DNA of 57,512 bases, filler included, from Dimargaris cristalligena (lineage: Eukaryota), in assembly GCA_003614675.1 (NCBI GenBank). It is 2 parts of 2 records of this genome, joined end to end, with 100 filler letters (N's around TTAATTAATTAA, not from the genome) between each part and the next. Parts side by side here need not be neighbours in the genome. Positions count along the whole stretch, not along the records: positions 1 to 28,721 come from ML002496.1; 1 more part is not named here. One strand, given 5' to 3'. Shown in pieces: positions 1 to 12,722 of this stretch. The position numbers and the translations under genes were made by a program. Within the stretch, counting starts at the first letter, position 1, and each line of letters opens with the position of its first letter. Under the pieces are notes generated by a model that saw only the letters and a program-made list of their open reading frames with translations, did no database searches and was not told the origin of the DNA.

Positions 1-493
1 ATCTAAAGTTCTTCCTTATTCGCCGGATGTTTCGAAAAGATAATCAACACTGTATTCAACAAATAACTAGGCTACCCTATTATTAATCATTTTACATCAT
101 TTCAAGTCATTTATTTATTGATACTTTTGAACATAAAACACCTTATATATACATATTTACAGCCCTGAAAAAAGATGTGTCAGAATGACTAAAATGGAGC
201 CAATCAATAATCATGCAGCGAACCGGAATAACATAACCTACAAAAGTCAATGAACCACACTGAACAAAGAAGGGACTAACATCACATAAAATATTCATTT
301 GTACGTACTAGAAATGAGTTTCAATATCAAGCCCCGAGTATTATTCACATGGCGACAGTGGATAATAGGACAGGTAAAACCACCCTACATCACCGGTTTT
401 AGCGGTAACGAAGGATTTCTACCTTCCATCTACGGAATGATATACCTAGTACCGCTTGGAAAGGGGTTGAACAGAAAGGTAGCTTAGGTGGAT

Positions 494-3127
494 TTACATG
501 GGCGACACAACCCGAGAGGAGGAGGAATGGGGAGCAGCCCCGGTAGGTACCGCTGACCACTGGCCATCGGTAGAATCGGGACCAGCTGGTGGTTCATCGT
601 GACCAGCAGTGGTAGGGTTCTGGTCTAATGCTTCAACTCCCCCCGTTCTACCACTCTCGTTCGCAAATACCTGGTGGTGGATACGATCATAAGGGGTATT
701 AGGGCAGGATAGAGCCGTGGCGGGAGGAGGACTACCACTACCACCCCCTCCGCCCAGCGTGCCTCCTGAATTTCCCTGCTGAAGGGGGTGGGGAAGATGC
801 GGCAGCGTCGGTCGCGTGGAATCGGGCGCGGTAAAGTTCCGGTGACGTTGTTGGAGTCGGAAAGCCGGTAAGGGAGGTGGGGGAAGCGGGGAGGAAGTTA
901 GTCCCTCGGGTTGGCCAGACGCCGCTGATCGACCCAATTCCGGAAATGACCGGTGCTGCGAGGGTAGTTGGGGTACCGGAGGTGGGGGTAATTTAGTTCC
1001 CGAGTGGTGGAACGGATGATCGATTGGGAAACCGGACGCCGAGAAAGTGGGGGTAAACGCACTGCGACGGTGGCTGAAATCTTCCCGCAGTGTAGTATCG
1101 GCCAGTGTCGGAGAAGTAGTAGTAGTGGTAGTACTAGAAGTAGAAGAAATAGTTCTCGAGCCAAGCCCTAAGCCCAAACTCGACCGCGAGGGAGGTGGGA
1201 ATTTTTGGTTGAATGAAGCGATGGCGGCCTGGGACCGATCCTCCAGTCGCATATCGTTTGTATCAGGGGTCATCACCGTTAAAGACGGAGTTAGTTTACG
1301 ATGGTGGAGGGTGCTCCCGCCGCCGGCAGTGGCTCCTTCGGGGTCTTTCAAGGGCGGTAATTGAAAATCGGTCGACGCGGGGGTTTGAGGGGATAAGGGA
1401 GCCAGGGTGGCCACATCGGGGGGCGGGGGCGGAATGTCGGCTCGGTAATCGGCTAACCGCAAAGGGTGCGGTTTTTCACTACTGAATACGCCCGTTACCG
1501 GGGTGGGTAATGGCGACGGTAGCTGAACCTTATGGGGGTAAAACGGATCCGCACGCTGGTAGGAGCCCGCCGGACCACTGCTACACCCGGGCCGACTGGT
1601 TTCCGTCCCGTGGGTGATGGTAGCGTAAAAGGTCGATGAGGCGCGAAGATTAGGGTCGGAGAAACGGGTCAGCCGAGGGGAAGCACCCGCCGCCGCCGTC
1701 GTTGTCGTTGTTGGTGTTGCTGGGTCGGCGGAAGGCTGGGTATGGGCCGAAAATGACCGACGGCGTTTATGGCTGGGTTCTACGGATAAAATCGGGGAAG
1801 GCCGGCGGTCGGTCGAGGTCAAGGGAGTGGCCGCAGGGGAAAGTGGGGGAAGTTCAGGGGGCAACTGGCGATCGGCACGACTGGTCATGATAATCCGGGG
1901 CAATGGTGGAAGAGGCGGGGGTGGACTCGGGGATATGGCCATCCGGTTTTGATCCGGGGGAGAAAGGCGCATGGACGAAGTGGATCGGGTGGAGCGGAGA
2001 CCGGACTGACGACGAACGGGACCACCGGGACTTCCACTGGTACCTTCACCCGGGGGGTAGTGGTAGTGCGGGGAAGTGGGTAGAGGTGGGGCAGCGCCTT
2101 CCCGACAGGGGGGCCAGTTGGGGCTTCGCTGGCTTCCCCCCACAGTATGGGACCGGCGCCGGGCCAGTCGGGAAGACGATGAGGCCAGACCTAAAGAACG
2201 CCCGGCTGGGGCATGTTGCCGGTGGGCGTGGAGGGGATACTGATGGTGAGCAGCGGCAATACTCGGCGAACCCGGGTCCACCGAGGATCGTACGGACGAA
2301 GTCGAGGGCACAACCCGAGGTAGAGTGGTATTGGACGGATACAGGGGACTTTGAATATGTACATCGTACAGCTGGGAGGTTAGCCGGTGGGTTGGCGACG
2401 AGGGCCGCGTTCCGGGGCGCAGTTGAGCCACAGCGGCTACGGCCTCGGGGGAAGCCCGATTGGATGGCACGACGGGCACAGGTTCGGGGCGGGTATCAAG
2501 AACCGCACTGCAGAGTTCGGACAGAATGCTCAGTTTAGATTCGCTAGTGCCGCCTCCGGCTGAGGGATGGGCTGACAGCGGATCCTCGGGGATCTCAGCG
2601 ACGGGCGTAGGCATCCCTGTGGAGGAACGGCCGGTGGGATATACGCCGGGTACTTCAATCGGCGGGGGATAGAGCGGGGCTAGATGGGGATGCGCCGCGG
2701 CGTAGCCCATTGGTTGAGTGGGCTGCTGACGGGCCGAATAGGATGGACCACCACCGCCGCCGCCCTCCGCTGATGCTGCTGCTGCTGCCGCTACCGCGGC
2801 CATGCCGTCATAGGGATAGCTCGACGGAGAAGTCTGGGGGGTCACCAGGTCCGTCAAGGAAGGGTGGCCTGTTGTGGAGGAACCAACGGTATTATCGCTC
2901 GAGATACTGGCCCTTCGGTGGGCTTCCGTGGCGGACCGAGTCTGACGCCGCTTATAAGGACCCCGCTTAATGCCCTTCTTGCGCTCCTTGCGGGCCGAGT
3001 TGTGGCACGAATCTTCTAGGCCGTACTTGACGCACCGCTGGCAGGGCCGAGCGTCGTCACATTTTTTACAGGCCTTTTGACAGTTGGTGCAGGCGTTTTT
3101 CACCTGCTTGCGTTTCGCCGCAGCCAT
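494..3127 (-). CDS. Zn(II)2Cys6 fungal transcription factor, ~877 aa, N-terminal zinc cluster with a long Pro/Ser-rich disordered tail
   Basis: CTNCQKACKKCDDARPCQRCVKYGLEDSC fits the six-Cys binuclear cluster and is followed by a basic stretch (RKERKKGIKRGPYKRR). The first ATG is at 3127 and an in-frame TGA lies just upstream (3172-3170). Confidence 0.92.
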   Translation of the reverse strand: MAAAKRKQVKNACTNCQKACKKCDDARPCQRCVKYGLEDSCHNSARKERKKGIKRGPYKRRQTRSATEAHRRASISSDNTVGSSTTGHPSLTDLVTPQTSPSSYPYDGMAAVAAAAAASAEGGGGGGPSYSARQQPTQPMGYAAAHPHLAPLYPPPIEVPGVYPTGRSSTGMPTPVAEIPEDPLSAHPSAGGGTSESKLSILSELCSAVLDTRPEPVPVVPSNRASPEAVAAVAQLRPGTRPSSPTHRLTSQLYDVHIQSPLYPSNTTLPRVVPSTSSVRSSVDPGSPSIAAAHHQYPLHAHRQHAPAGRSLGLASSSSRLARRRSHTVGGSQRSPNWPPCREGAAPPLPTSPHYHYPPGEGTSGSPGGPVRRQSGLRSTRSTSSMRLSPPDQNRMAISPSPPPPLPPLPRIIMTSRADRQLPPELPPLSPAATPLTSTDRRPSPILSVEPSHKRRRSFSAHTQPSADPATPTTTTTAAAGASPRLTRFSDPNLRASSTFYATITHGTETSRPGCSSGPAGSYQRADPFYPHKVQLPSPLPTPVTGVFSSEKPHPLRLADYRADIPPPPPDVATLAPLSPQTPASTDFQLPPLKDPEGATAGGGSTLHHRKLTPSLTVMTPDTNDMRLEDRSQAAIASFNQKFPPPSRSSLGLGLGSRTISSTSSTTTTTTSPTLADTTLREDFSHRRSAFTPTFSASGFPIDHPFHHSGTKLPPPPVPQLPSQHRSFPELGRSAASGQPEGLTSSPLPPPPLPAFRLQQRHRNFTAPDSTRPTLPHLPHPLQQGNSGGTLGGGGGSGSPPPATALSCPNTPYDRIHHQVFANESGRTGGVEALDQNPTTAGHDEPPAGPDSTDGQWSAVPTGAAPHSSSSRVVSPM

Positions 3128-6093
3128 GTGTGAAGGATGTGTGGGATGGGGGAGCAAATAACCTAGAGGTCAAAGCTAAAATATGGGATGGAGGGGGAAA
3201 GAGGGAACAGCGTATAGACGTACGGCGGACAGGGCAGTCGGACGGAATATATAGTGCCGGCCGGAGTTAAAAATGGGGGGAGTGAATAAAGCTTGGGGCG
3301 ATTTGGTAATGATGCAAGCTGGGTAACCAAACGACCGGATATGCCAATATGATGCGATGGGCAAGGGTAACAATAGGGGGGTGATTAGAAAATTATATAT
3401 AGGAAAAGAGTGAGTAGAAGAAACAATTACGAAGCCAAAATAGTATTACGCAGGATTGTAGCCCCGCGCACTCCAACGTTTGACTGGGCTATATAAATGG
3501 TGATATAGGCGATTTTAAATCAAGGAATAGGCCACCGACAGGGTTCACATCTCTGAACTAGAAATCAGCCAGTGTTGGAAATACGCAAACCAGTGGTAAA
3601 ATCTGACAGTTCGGCCCGAACCAGAAAACCAAAAAAAGGGTGAAGGAAATAACAAAGCCAAGAAAGCACCGAACGGAGTAAGGGGTGCAAAAGGCAGTAA
3701 ATCCACACTAGGATCATAATAAGTACGGGGAAAGAGCGAGGATGAGGCGGGGCTGCGAAACATCAGTCGGGTTTTAATCCCTGCTTAAGTGAGCGGGGTA
3801 ACGGACACCTAAAACCGAGACATTCGCCCCGCCTTCTCTCTCTGCCTGTTACCCCGACCGCAAGTAAGTCCGGCTGGGGTCTAAATGAAATGAAAGGGAA
3901 GCACAAAATGGGCGCAGTAGACTAAAACCCAACTAATTGGAGCGAGGCGCGTAGGCGGGCGCAACATGGCTCCCCCCAACCCATTGGACCCCGCCCAATT
4001 AAGTGGCGGAAATGGGCGTGGCTTGCTCCGCGCTATCTTATTTGGATGACCGCCTTCGCTATGAAACCAAGAATGATTTGTGGGGCTGGGAGGCCTATAG
4101 CTATTACGACTGCCCCTTCTTCCTCGGGGCCTTTGGGATAACATATTGAAAATGACAGGAGTGCTTACCTATAGTGTATTGCCGACGAACTGTAATAATT
4201 ATACTGAATTGAGGTTATATGGACTCGAATTGGGGATATGAATGGCAGTTGAATAATCGGGTACGTCTTGGGATGATGATTCAGCTGAAATAGATGCACG
4301 CGAATAAGCCGGTTTAATGGGGATGTGGGGATGAGGCAGAAATGCAAGGATGTGGGGTTAATAGTAAACTAGATGTGTAACTAAGTGCGGGGGGTGGCAG
4401 TTCGGGGCAATTGGATTTGAAACCCCACCACATAAAACCAACCTGGTTCGCCCACCGCGGTTGTGATTGAGCGTACCAGGGAAGTGGTACAAATAGACAA
4501 AAACCGCGATTCAGATAAAATAAAGGAGAGAAAACCCCGAAATAGAGAATATATTGTTTTTGAAAACATAAAAAAAGAGAACAAAGAGAGGTGCGGTTCT
4601 GGTAGAGGGGGTCTGTCTTCGGGTTTAATTTCGATCGGGTACACGCAGGAGCGCAATTAACCGAGAGATTAGAAAGAATGAATGAAAGACGAAGAAAAAA
4701 AAGGAGCGTGCTTCTTCAACCGTACGCGTACGACACACTCGCCGGGCAACGCGCTCCACCCAGGGTCCGACCACAAATAGAAGCGTCCATCCCCACTTTG
4801 CCTCAACAGTCCACTACTCGCTCAGCATTAGTCGGAATTGCCCCAACAGGAGGGGTACATTGGGTATATACTACCCGCCTGCCTGATTTGGCAAATGATG
4901 AGCCATTGTTGGGGCGAAGGGGACGGAGTGTGAACGTTGCTGCCTATAATCATAATAAAATACCAATTTATTAGACTGGCCTCCCCCACAATCTGACGCG
5001 TTGGATGGCGAGTAAACTACTAGAAGGCCACTGAAATCAGAGAGAATCACGGAACTGATTACTTTACTTACCAGGAAAAGGCGCCCGTATATTGCCCTAG
5101 GTAACGACAGTGGGGTCCGACCACGCGGCCGGCGGTTGGCGACGATGGAATACGAAGCAAAAAAGAACGGTAAGCCAATGAACCAATAGACCGCTTGGGA
5201 AAAAGCGGCTGATTCGACACAGCTGATTCGGAGCCAGTAGTACTGATGGCGCGGAGCCGAAACAGATACCAACGGGGGGATTAGAAAGAAAAAAAGAGGG
5301 GAAAGGATAGGAGATTACGTGTATAGGCAAGGGTTACTGACCAAGCCCCATGGAAGGAGATGATTAATCCTAATGGATCACCACCACCGCTCCTATAAGT
5401 AAGTATATAGTAGAGTGACCCTCCTATAATAAGAGAGCAGAAGAATTGGACTATTCAATCGGTCCAAGTACGGAAACGGCAGGTGATATCCTTTGGCAAA
5501 GTGAAACCCGAGCAATGGAAAACTGCGGCCAGCAAAGCAGAACAGCGGGTGAAAGAGGTGATCAAATGACCAAGGTGGGTTAGGAAAAAGCAACTGCGGG
5601 GTGGTGTGAGTGTGATCTACCGGTACTATTATAGTGCACTAGACCCTTCAATTCCCGGAGTTTGAAAACGGTGTGGCCTATATAGCACAAGGGGTGCTGT
5701 AATAGCGTGCAGGGTCAGTCGAAAGGAGACTAGCTGCAGTAAGCGGGCAATGTCAATTCACTGAATGAAGAATTGATAACTAAACTGCTATAGCGCAGCA
5801 AATAAACGGGCCGATCCTACCGGTTGGTTTCTCTAACTAATCCAGGGGGCGGATAAATACTATAGTCCCAGTGGGGCAGTGGTTGACTATTATCAACTCA
5901 AGGGGCAGCGGCTAGGCCTAACCTTATAAGTATACAGATGGTCGAGCGGACAAACGCAACAAAGTCGCAATATAAGCAGCAATTAAAATAAGAAACAAGG
6001 ACCCTAGACCGGCTCGGGTTAGAATATCACTATGGACAAGTAGAAGGAGAAAATGGGACAAGTGACTATATAATAATTACAGAATAACGGAAA

Positions 6094-6123
6094 TAGAGTA
6101 GAGTAGAGTAGAGTAGAGTAGAG
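6094..6123. repeat. (TAGAG)6 microsatellite
   Basis: Six tandem TAGAG units read directly. Confidence 0.9.
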
Positions 6124-7102
6124 GATATTTAAGAGGACTATTGGAAGATGAAGAGAGGGATAATTTGTGCAGAATAGAGGGGGATACGAGGAAGTAAGGG
6201 TTCATATGTATAGATAGATAGGAATAATATATATATATATATATATCGAATAGAAGGGTATAACATAAAGGGATTAGGAGTTCATGGGGATATAGGATAG
6301 AATAGACTAGCCTGCGGAGGAGCGCAGCCGGGCTACACGTTAAATTAAATAGAGGCAACAGGTCAGTAAAACGAAGGGATGGCAAGCGGGCGGCTTTCAC
6401 ACCTATATATACCTAAATATAGGCAGACACACGGTATAGTCCAGTGGGGGGATCCTAACCGTCTATACACCCACGAAATAGGGCATTCGAAACTCCCCAG
6501 CGCTATAGTCTGAGTGTGAAAATAATGGTGGGGTATGTCAAAAAGGGAAGAGAGAAAGAGGGCGTATCTTCAATTACCGCTAGCTCCGCCAATGGAGACG
6601 GCCTATGAGCCATAGCGGAGAAACACCCGTCGCTCACCCAAACCGGCCGGTTCAGCAGCTGGTTGACAGCCCGAACGCGCACATGTGTAACAAATCGAAC
6701 ATCCGCCTGTTCAGTACGTTGGGTTGGTGCTGGGCTAAAGTGTGGGGTATGGCCCCGCGGTGGAACCGGGCTGAGTTCACTCTCCCAATCGCTCCCCCCC
6801 TCCTTTTACGCCAACTCTGGAAGCTTTTGAAAGGCCGCGTTAATTCTCCGCTTCTCCCTTTCCTTACCACGGTCCCAGTGGCCCGGGATACACCTTCCTT
6901 CGCCTGGTTTTTGAGGTATAGGTCGAGTAGAAATCCTTTAAAAGGCCGTCTGAAGCCCCGAGAGCGGAGCGGCCCGAGTGGCGGAGTTGCGGTAACCATC
7001 ACGTACCAGCCCTGGCCTCAGTCCACCCCGAAGACGGGGGGCTCCTCGGAAAGGTGACACGAAGTCCAGCGGAGATCCAACCACCATTTGCCAAATATAT
7101 AT

Positions 7103-7225
7103 GGGAGAGGTTCAACCCAGCTGTATAACGAAAACTCCGTTGGATGAAGCAAATATGACTGGTTAAAAATAAATCTCCCATACATTATCATTTAAAACCT
7201 TATACAGCTGGGCCGAATTTCACCC
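7103..7225 (+). mobile_element. MITE copy A (internally shortened), next to a (TA)n tract
   Basis: Imperfect TIRs GGGAGAGGTTCAACCCAGCTGTATAA ... TTATACAGCTGGGCCGAATTTCACCC, with ATAT on both sides. Homologous to the copies at 33, 41, 50.7 and 51.8 kb. Confidence 0.85.
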
Positions 7226-10041
7226 ATATATATATATATATATCTAATATATAACGGGTCCTAAATAGAATGGGGGTGGAGGATGGAATTTCCTCTCCGA
7301 TCTATCCACCATTCACCCAAAATGGCCCCGAAATAGTCGTCACCAATCGGCCAAGTAAAGGGGAAAGGGAGAATGGAAGGTGGCAGGGGTGATTTTGTGC
7401 CACCATCACACCAGCGACAATGCCAATTCAACGCGTTGGGCCCCACCAATGATGTCGCGCCCTGTTTCTACTACCACCATTTCTACTACTACTACTACTC
7501 TCAATATTGGCGCCGGCCTTGGTCCCAATTTAACCTAGCGTAACTTCTGCTTAACTAGTCACCCGGAAAGGTGGTCGGAAGGAACAGGCAAGGCACGAGA
7601 CCGGGAACACCCCCGGGGGGTTGCTTCGTCTTTAAACGGGCCATTTGGTTGGAGAAGGCACCCAAGACGGTGAATAAAAATGGCTGGGCCATTGTGCATG
7701 CGGATCACAACATTATCAGCATTGCGCCCACTCGTATAGTATGATAACCAAAAAAAATAGATGTATAGAAAAGTGTCGGAGTTTCTAAACCGACCAGCCC
7801 ACTAAGCAAATGATTACTCCGGTGGAATGGTTGAAGCCCCCATGTAATTAATACCAGGCTGGCCATTCCTCCGCTTACTCTCTTTCTTCTGGCATTCTTG
7901 GATTCCTGTTTCCCACCCTACGGATTTACACCCTTGGAAAATGTAGGAGGTTTGCAGTGGTGTGTATTCGCTGGAAAATGACCTGGTGTTTAAATAAGAT
8001 TCCCCCCTCCTGTTGCTACTGCAATTGGATTGTTGGAATGGAATCGGGGTGAGGATCCAGCGGCATAGCCAATAATTGGAACCCTGTCGATTCCCCCATA
8101 GCCTACGCTGCTTGTACTAATCCGAGCCATGGCTGAGATTGAAGATGGAAAAATGGAGGGATGGAGGGAGAGAGAGAGAACCACAAGCACAACTGGCGTG
8201 GTGGTTTAATAGCAGTAATGTTTACATCGATGTATAAGCCATACCGGGAAAACGAACGAGGAAGAGCGCGGTATTGTCACAGCTGGGCAGAGAAGAACAC
8301 CAAGGCACCATTGGCTCCTAAGTTACGTCCCATTGGTAGTCATTTCGCCCAGTCCCCTCTATAGCTTACCATGTAAATCAATGTTTCTTATATCTGTGTT
8401 TCACATTGAATCCGGCCGTCGTCGGTTTAAAAATGTGGGCGGTCAATACAGGCCTAAAAGAAGCGTGGGATCGGCAGCTCGCCTTCCTCGTTCGCCTAGG
8501 TAGTTGAACAAAAGAATATACATTTCCTAATATGGGCAGCATTTGTTTGTTTGATTTTATGGAGAGAAGGTACAGCGTCGAAAATGGCCCGCCTGATGGT
8601 TCCATTCGTGATATAAAAAGTACAACCGCAACCACTAAGCTAGTTAGGGAGTACTGTGTTTTGCAATTGAAACCCACCAAGGCCGACAGCTCTGAACTAA
8701 CCCTCACAACAACTACTCCCTTTTCGCCCCATTGACTTATTGACCAGCAGGAGACTAAGAGGGCTGATGCCACGCAATCCTTACCCTGGCCGTGCCAGCT
8801 GTAAATCCACGCTGTAATCGAGGGAATAAGCTTAGTACTGAATCGGTCTCCCTCCAAAGAGGTATAGAGGCTAGGGGTGGCAGACATCCTCCTTGATCAC
8901 CCACCTCGCCATACAGTCCGAGAATACCTGTAGAGCAAAGTAGCGGAGTCAAAGGGAGCCATGTTTCCATGAAGCAATACTGGGTAAGGATGGAAAAGGA
9001 AATAATTATGCACAGGCAAAATGAAAGTATCCATTTTGGGTAGCTCATTAGCCTAGTATTAGTATTTTTTGCAGGGGGGTGAGCCTCCCCATAACTCGGT
9101 GTGTACTAACAGGGTGCTTTAAGCTGCGGAGGAAGGTTGGGGTAAAATATCAGTTGATTTACATTCAAATGATTCTATAGCCATTAGTTGATTAGGGGGG
9201 CGACTTAATAAACATACCATCTTCACGTTAAATCATTTAATTGCAGATACCCGGTTTTTTTCTAAAGGTATTTTATTTCTATTAGGTGTACTCCTCCCGA
9301 CTGCAGTAGATTAATGCTAAATTGATAGCATCGGGCAACATGAGGAGGCTCCTCAGCCTTCAAAAATGACATTCACGGCTCCTGAAATTGAATACTAGTG
9401 TACACTTATATGAGTCGATAACCAGAGGACTGGTATTTGTACTGGGTTTCCAAGCCATGCTTGGTGAATGTTCGGATTTGGTTGCAGTTCTAAATAATGT
9501 CGCAGTTAAAATAACAGAGATAGTTGACATAATATTGCGGATGGACCATATCGCCAGAATATCGGATTTAGTATAACTTTGAACATAAGTAGTCCCGCCC
9601 AACTTAATTAGTACCGATGATAGCTACTAATTAGAGTTCGGGGCTATTCCTTTTATATCCCAAGAATATCGGCCATTAGGTTTATAATACTTCGAATTTA
9701 GTAACATGTTTACCCAGCAGTGAAGTGGTATCCTAGGGGTATATCACTATTACCTTGTTAGTAGGCTGATGGTTTGACCGCACATCGTCGGAGTTCATTG
9801 TGGCTGCCTTTCAGCAGCTGTTTATAACCTGAGCCAAGGGAAGGGAATCTTCAAACCGCAGCAAAGGCTCCTGTGCCGTATTATTACCCTGGAAACTATA
9901 TTGTTGTTGGTTTTGTCCAGTGTCACTTTCCATTACTTTATTCCAGACCTCATTCTATAATATTGTAAATTCCTTAACCCTTGCTTAGGCTACTTAGATT
10001 CTGGTGAATGGAGTAGAGTCTCTTTTGTCGCTGCTCTAGCC

Positions 10042-11959
10042 ATGTCCCATACAGAGCAAGTAGCTCCCCCAAGACCACCCGCCTCCCAGCTTAGACCCAT
10101 TATTGGACCCCCAATGCCCTCATCGGTAACCGAATCGCTGGCTCGTCTCCAGCAGGCCTACAACGAACTTCGGCGAGATCATGTCCAACTCCAACAGGAC
10201 TTCATGGCTCTAAAGCAACTTCACCAATGCTGTTCCACCCAAGCCAGCGCAACGACGGATTCACCGCTTCTCGGCGCGAGTGACGCCACCGACAGGATCC
10301 TCTATCCGGCCCCTGACCCAGACGATCCCTTTTTGGCCACTGACTTATTAGAAGTCAATAATGCCACGCCGGGGGAATACCAGGCGCTTGCAGAGTCGGA
10401 ACCACGCCTGGGCGATATCCGCACTCCCCCGGCTTTAACTGCCCTATCCCCGCAAACTCACCCCGCCTATCCTCTGTCCCGAGGGGCTGCCACACTAGAA
10501 GACGTGGCTACCACCGGTAAGCCAGTGGAGTTGCGTGCCATGGGTTCAGCCAAGCAGGCGTCATCCCCCCCCCGAAGTGTGGCGTCCTGAAATGGCCGAT
10601 TGGCCAAGCTCACAATTATCACAGGACTTCGAAAGCGACAGCGAAGTAGACACTGCTCAGGGGATAATACACAATGCCCCGTTCAACCAAACCATTCAAC
10701 AAACACCCCTTATCACACGCCCACAATTCATAATTACCCAAACCCCCGATTCTGCCATATCCTCCTTAAACGGGCCGAGTTCTGCGAAAATGATGACGAT
10801 GGGAAACGGAGCCAGTCTACCAGAGACACCCTTGGCAATATCATATGAAAGGCAATATCAGATGGCTCGACCAAGTACTGGTAAAGACTCGACCTCTGGA
10901 GCAGAAATATTTCCACCGGACTCCCCTCCATCGACAGTAGCGTCAATCCGGTCAACAATCGGTGGTGAACCCGCTCTCCCGACCCATTCTCCCCTTCCAT
11001 CCAATCTACGTCGGAGCGGTAATGGATCGCGCGTCCACCGGGTATCTTTCTCCATCGACTTGACTGGTGCAGCTACACGGTCACCTATGCTACCAACCAA
11101 ACGACCGAATGACGACTACGACTTTCCCTCCATCCAAATTAGTTCACCAAGTCGACGCCTCTTTCGGACCAGGTCCAACATTGGACCTCGGACTGCTACC
11201 CCCCGCCCGGCATCCCCTCCTACCTCCTCTTCTCAGCGTAGTGGTAATAATTCTGGTCGTTCTGGTAATGTGAGAGGTACCCCTCCCCCCAACCCGCGTA
11301 AAGTAGGGCTTGGTCTAGCCTCGTATTATTCTCCTCCAGGCCAAACCCCTCTGGAGCCAATTGTTACTGGACAATCACCTGAGCCAGGCCCTGAGACTCA
11401 GCTAACCGGTCTGGTATTCAATGAAGTCGTTCGAAATAAGGAAGCCCGGAAGCAATTGCTGGCCGTGGAATGCACAAGTTGTCAAGAGGTAAGAAATATC
11501 TATTTTTAAACATCCATTAGAGCAGTCTCATTTTCTACTATATTGTGGGTCTCCCCCGACCACATCCAGCATCAACTGAAAACAATAAAAAGGTACAGTA
11601 CTTATCTAATCCACCTATTTAATCACAATCATAATTACATTTAGTTCTACGAAGCATGCGGTTCGCTTCAACTCCCCGATGCAGCTCACCGGCCCATGTT
11701 CAGTCGACGTAGTCAGTCGACCTCGTCGGCCCAACCCTTGGTTAACCCGCTATGCTCGCACCATTATCCTTCTTCCAACAACCCTGAGACGACCGGAACC
11801 TCGGATGATACTGATGTATCGTCAACGGACACTACAGATTCCAAAGACCCAGCAACCGGACACTTGGCCCAGGTGTCCCGCCATCGCTACAAAGTTATCC
11901 CCAAGGCATTCCCCGAGGACTACTGGGATATCGGATTTCCGGGGGACCCTTCTCTCTAA
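10042..11959 (+). CDS. SAE2/CTP1: Sae2/Ctp1/CtIP-family DNA end-resection factor; segments 10042-~10587, ~10589-11488 (different frame) and 11645-11959
   Basis: N-terminal coiled coil (LARLQQAYNELRRDHVQLQQDF). C-terminal EVVRNKEARKQL-ECTSCQE|FYEACG (CxxC joined across GT-AG intron 11489-11644), VSRHRY (RHR motif) and PEDYWDIGFP. The frame break near 10565-10590 is unresolved. Confidence 0.85.
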
Positions 11960-12291
11960 TTGAAGAATACGTAGTAGAGAAGTAGTAGTGTATCACCACC
12001 ACCAGTCCCTCACCCAATTGGGCGAATTAAACAATTTACCCCTTTAAACAAAAATCAATAAAACATTATCAACAATTAACCTCTCGTGGACATCAATTTA
12101 AAGTGGATAAAGCAAGTAGCGTGTACAACTAAACTGGTCTCTAGCCACCCTTGGATCGTAATTTATTTTATAATAATAAAACACTGAATGGTATATGAGG
12201 CGGGCGAGTCCCAAGTCGGCGAACGAGAGCAGCATTCGGGCGGTAAGAAGGCAGGTATCAAGTAATAAAAATATTTGACAAACTCCACCGC

Positions 12292-12711
12292 TTAAGCGGC
12301 CTGCTTTCGGAGGGCGGCCATCTCCTGCTTGAGGATATTGGACTTCTGCATGCGCAGACCGATGAGCTTGAATCGTTCAAAGTCGTTGAGGTTAGCGCGG
12401 ACCTTACGCTGTTCGAGTCTCTTGGCGGTGGCGGTCTCGGTCCATTTCTTTTCGATTTCCTGTTCGGTGATGCGCTTGGCCAGGAAAGTGGAACCAGCGG
12501 TACGGGGCAGGTCCTTGACGACGAGCTTGGTGAGGATCAGGCGACGCAGGCTGAATTCCTGGCGCTGGACGCCGGTGGTGGGTCCGTCAATCAGGGCCCG
12601 GTTGTGGTCAATGATGTCGACGATGACGGCCAGCTTGCCGGCGTCGGGGCCGAAGTTGACGAGAACGACACGGCCGGACTCCACAACGCGCTTGAAAGTA
12701 GAGGTAGACAT
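12292..12711 (-). CDS. RPL14: 60S ribosomal protein L14 (eL14), 139 aa
   Basis: MSTSTFKRVVESGRVVLVNFGPDAGKLAVIVDIIDHNRALIDGP...NLNDFERFK is typical eL14, with strong codon bias. The ATG at 12711 lies downstream of a splice acceptor at 12723. Confidence 0.96.
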   Translation of the reverse strand: MSTSTFKRVVESGRVVLVNFGPDAGKLAVIVDIIDHNRALIDGPTTGVQRQEFSLRRLILTKLVVKDLPRTAGSTFLAKRITEQEIEKKWTETATAKRLEQRKVRANLNDFERFKLIGLRMQKSNILKQEMAALRKQAA

Positions 12712-12722
12712 ATTTGAATTAT

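Noticed and set aside
898-2970. Many overlapping ORFs inside the Zn2Cys6 gene
   Set aside because: Shadow frames of a GC-rich low-complexity CDS with no recognisable domains.
9175-9217. Minus-strand GTATGT...CTAAT...TAG mini-intron with flanking protein-like fragments
   Set aside because: Only 43 nt, far shorter than the other introns here, and the flanking frames contain stops, so no gene model could be built.
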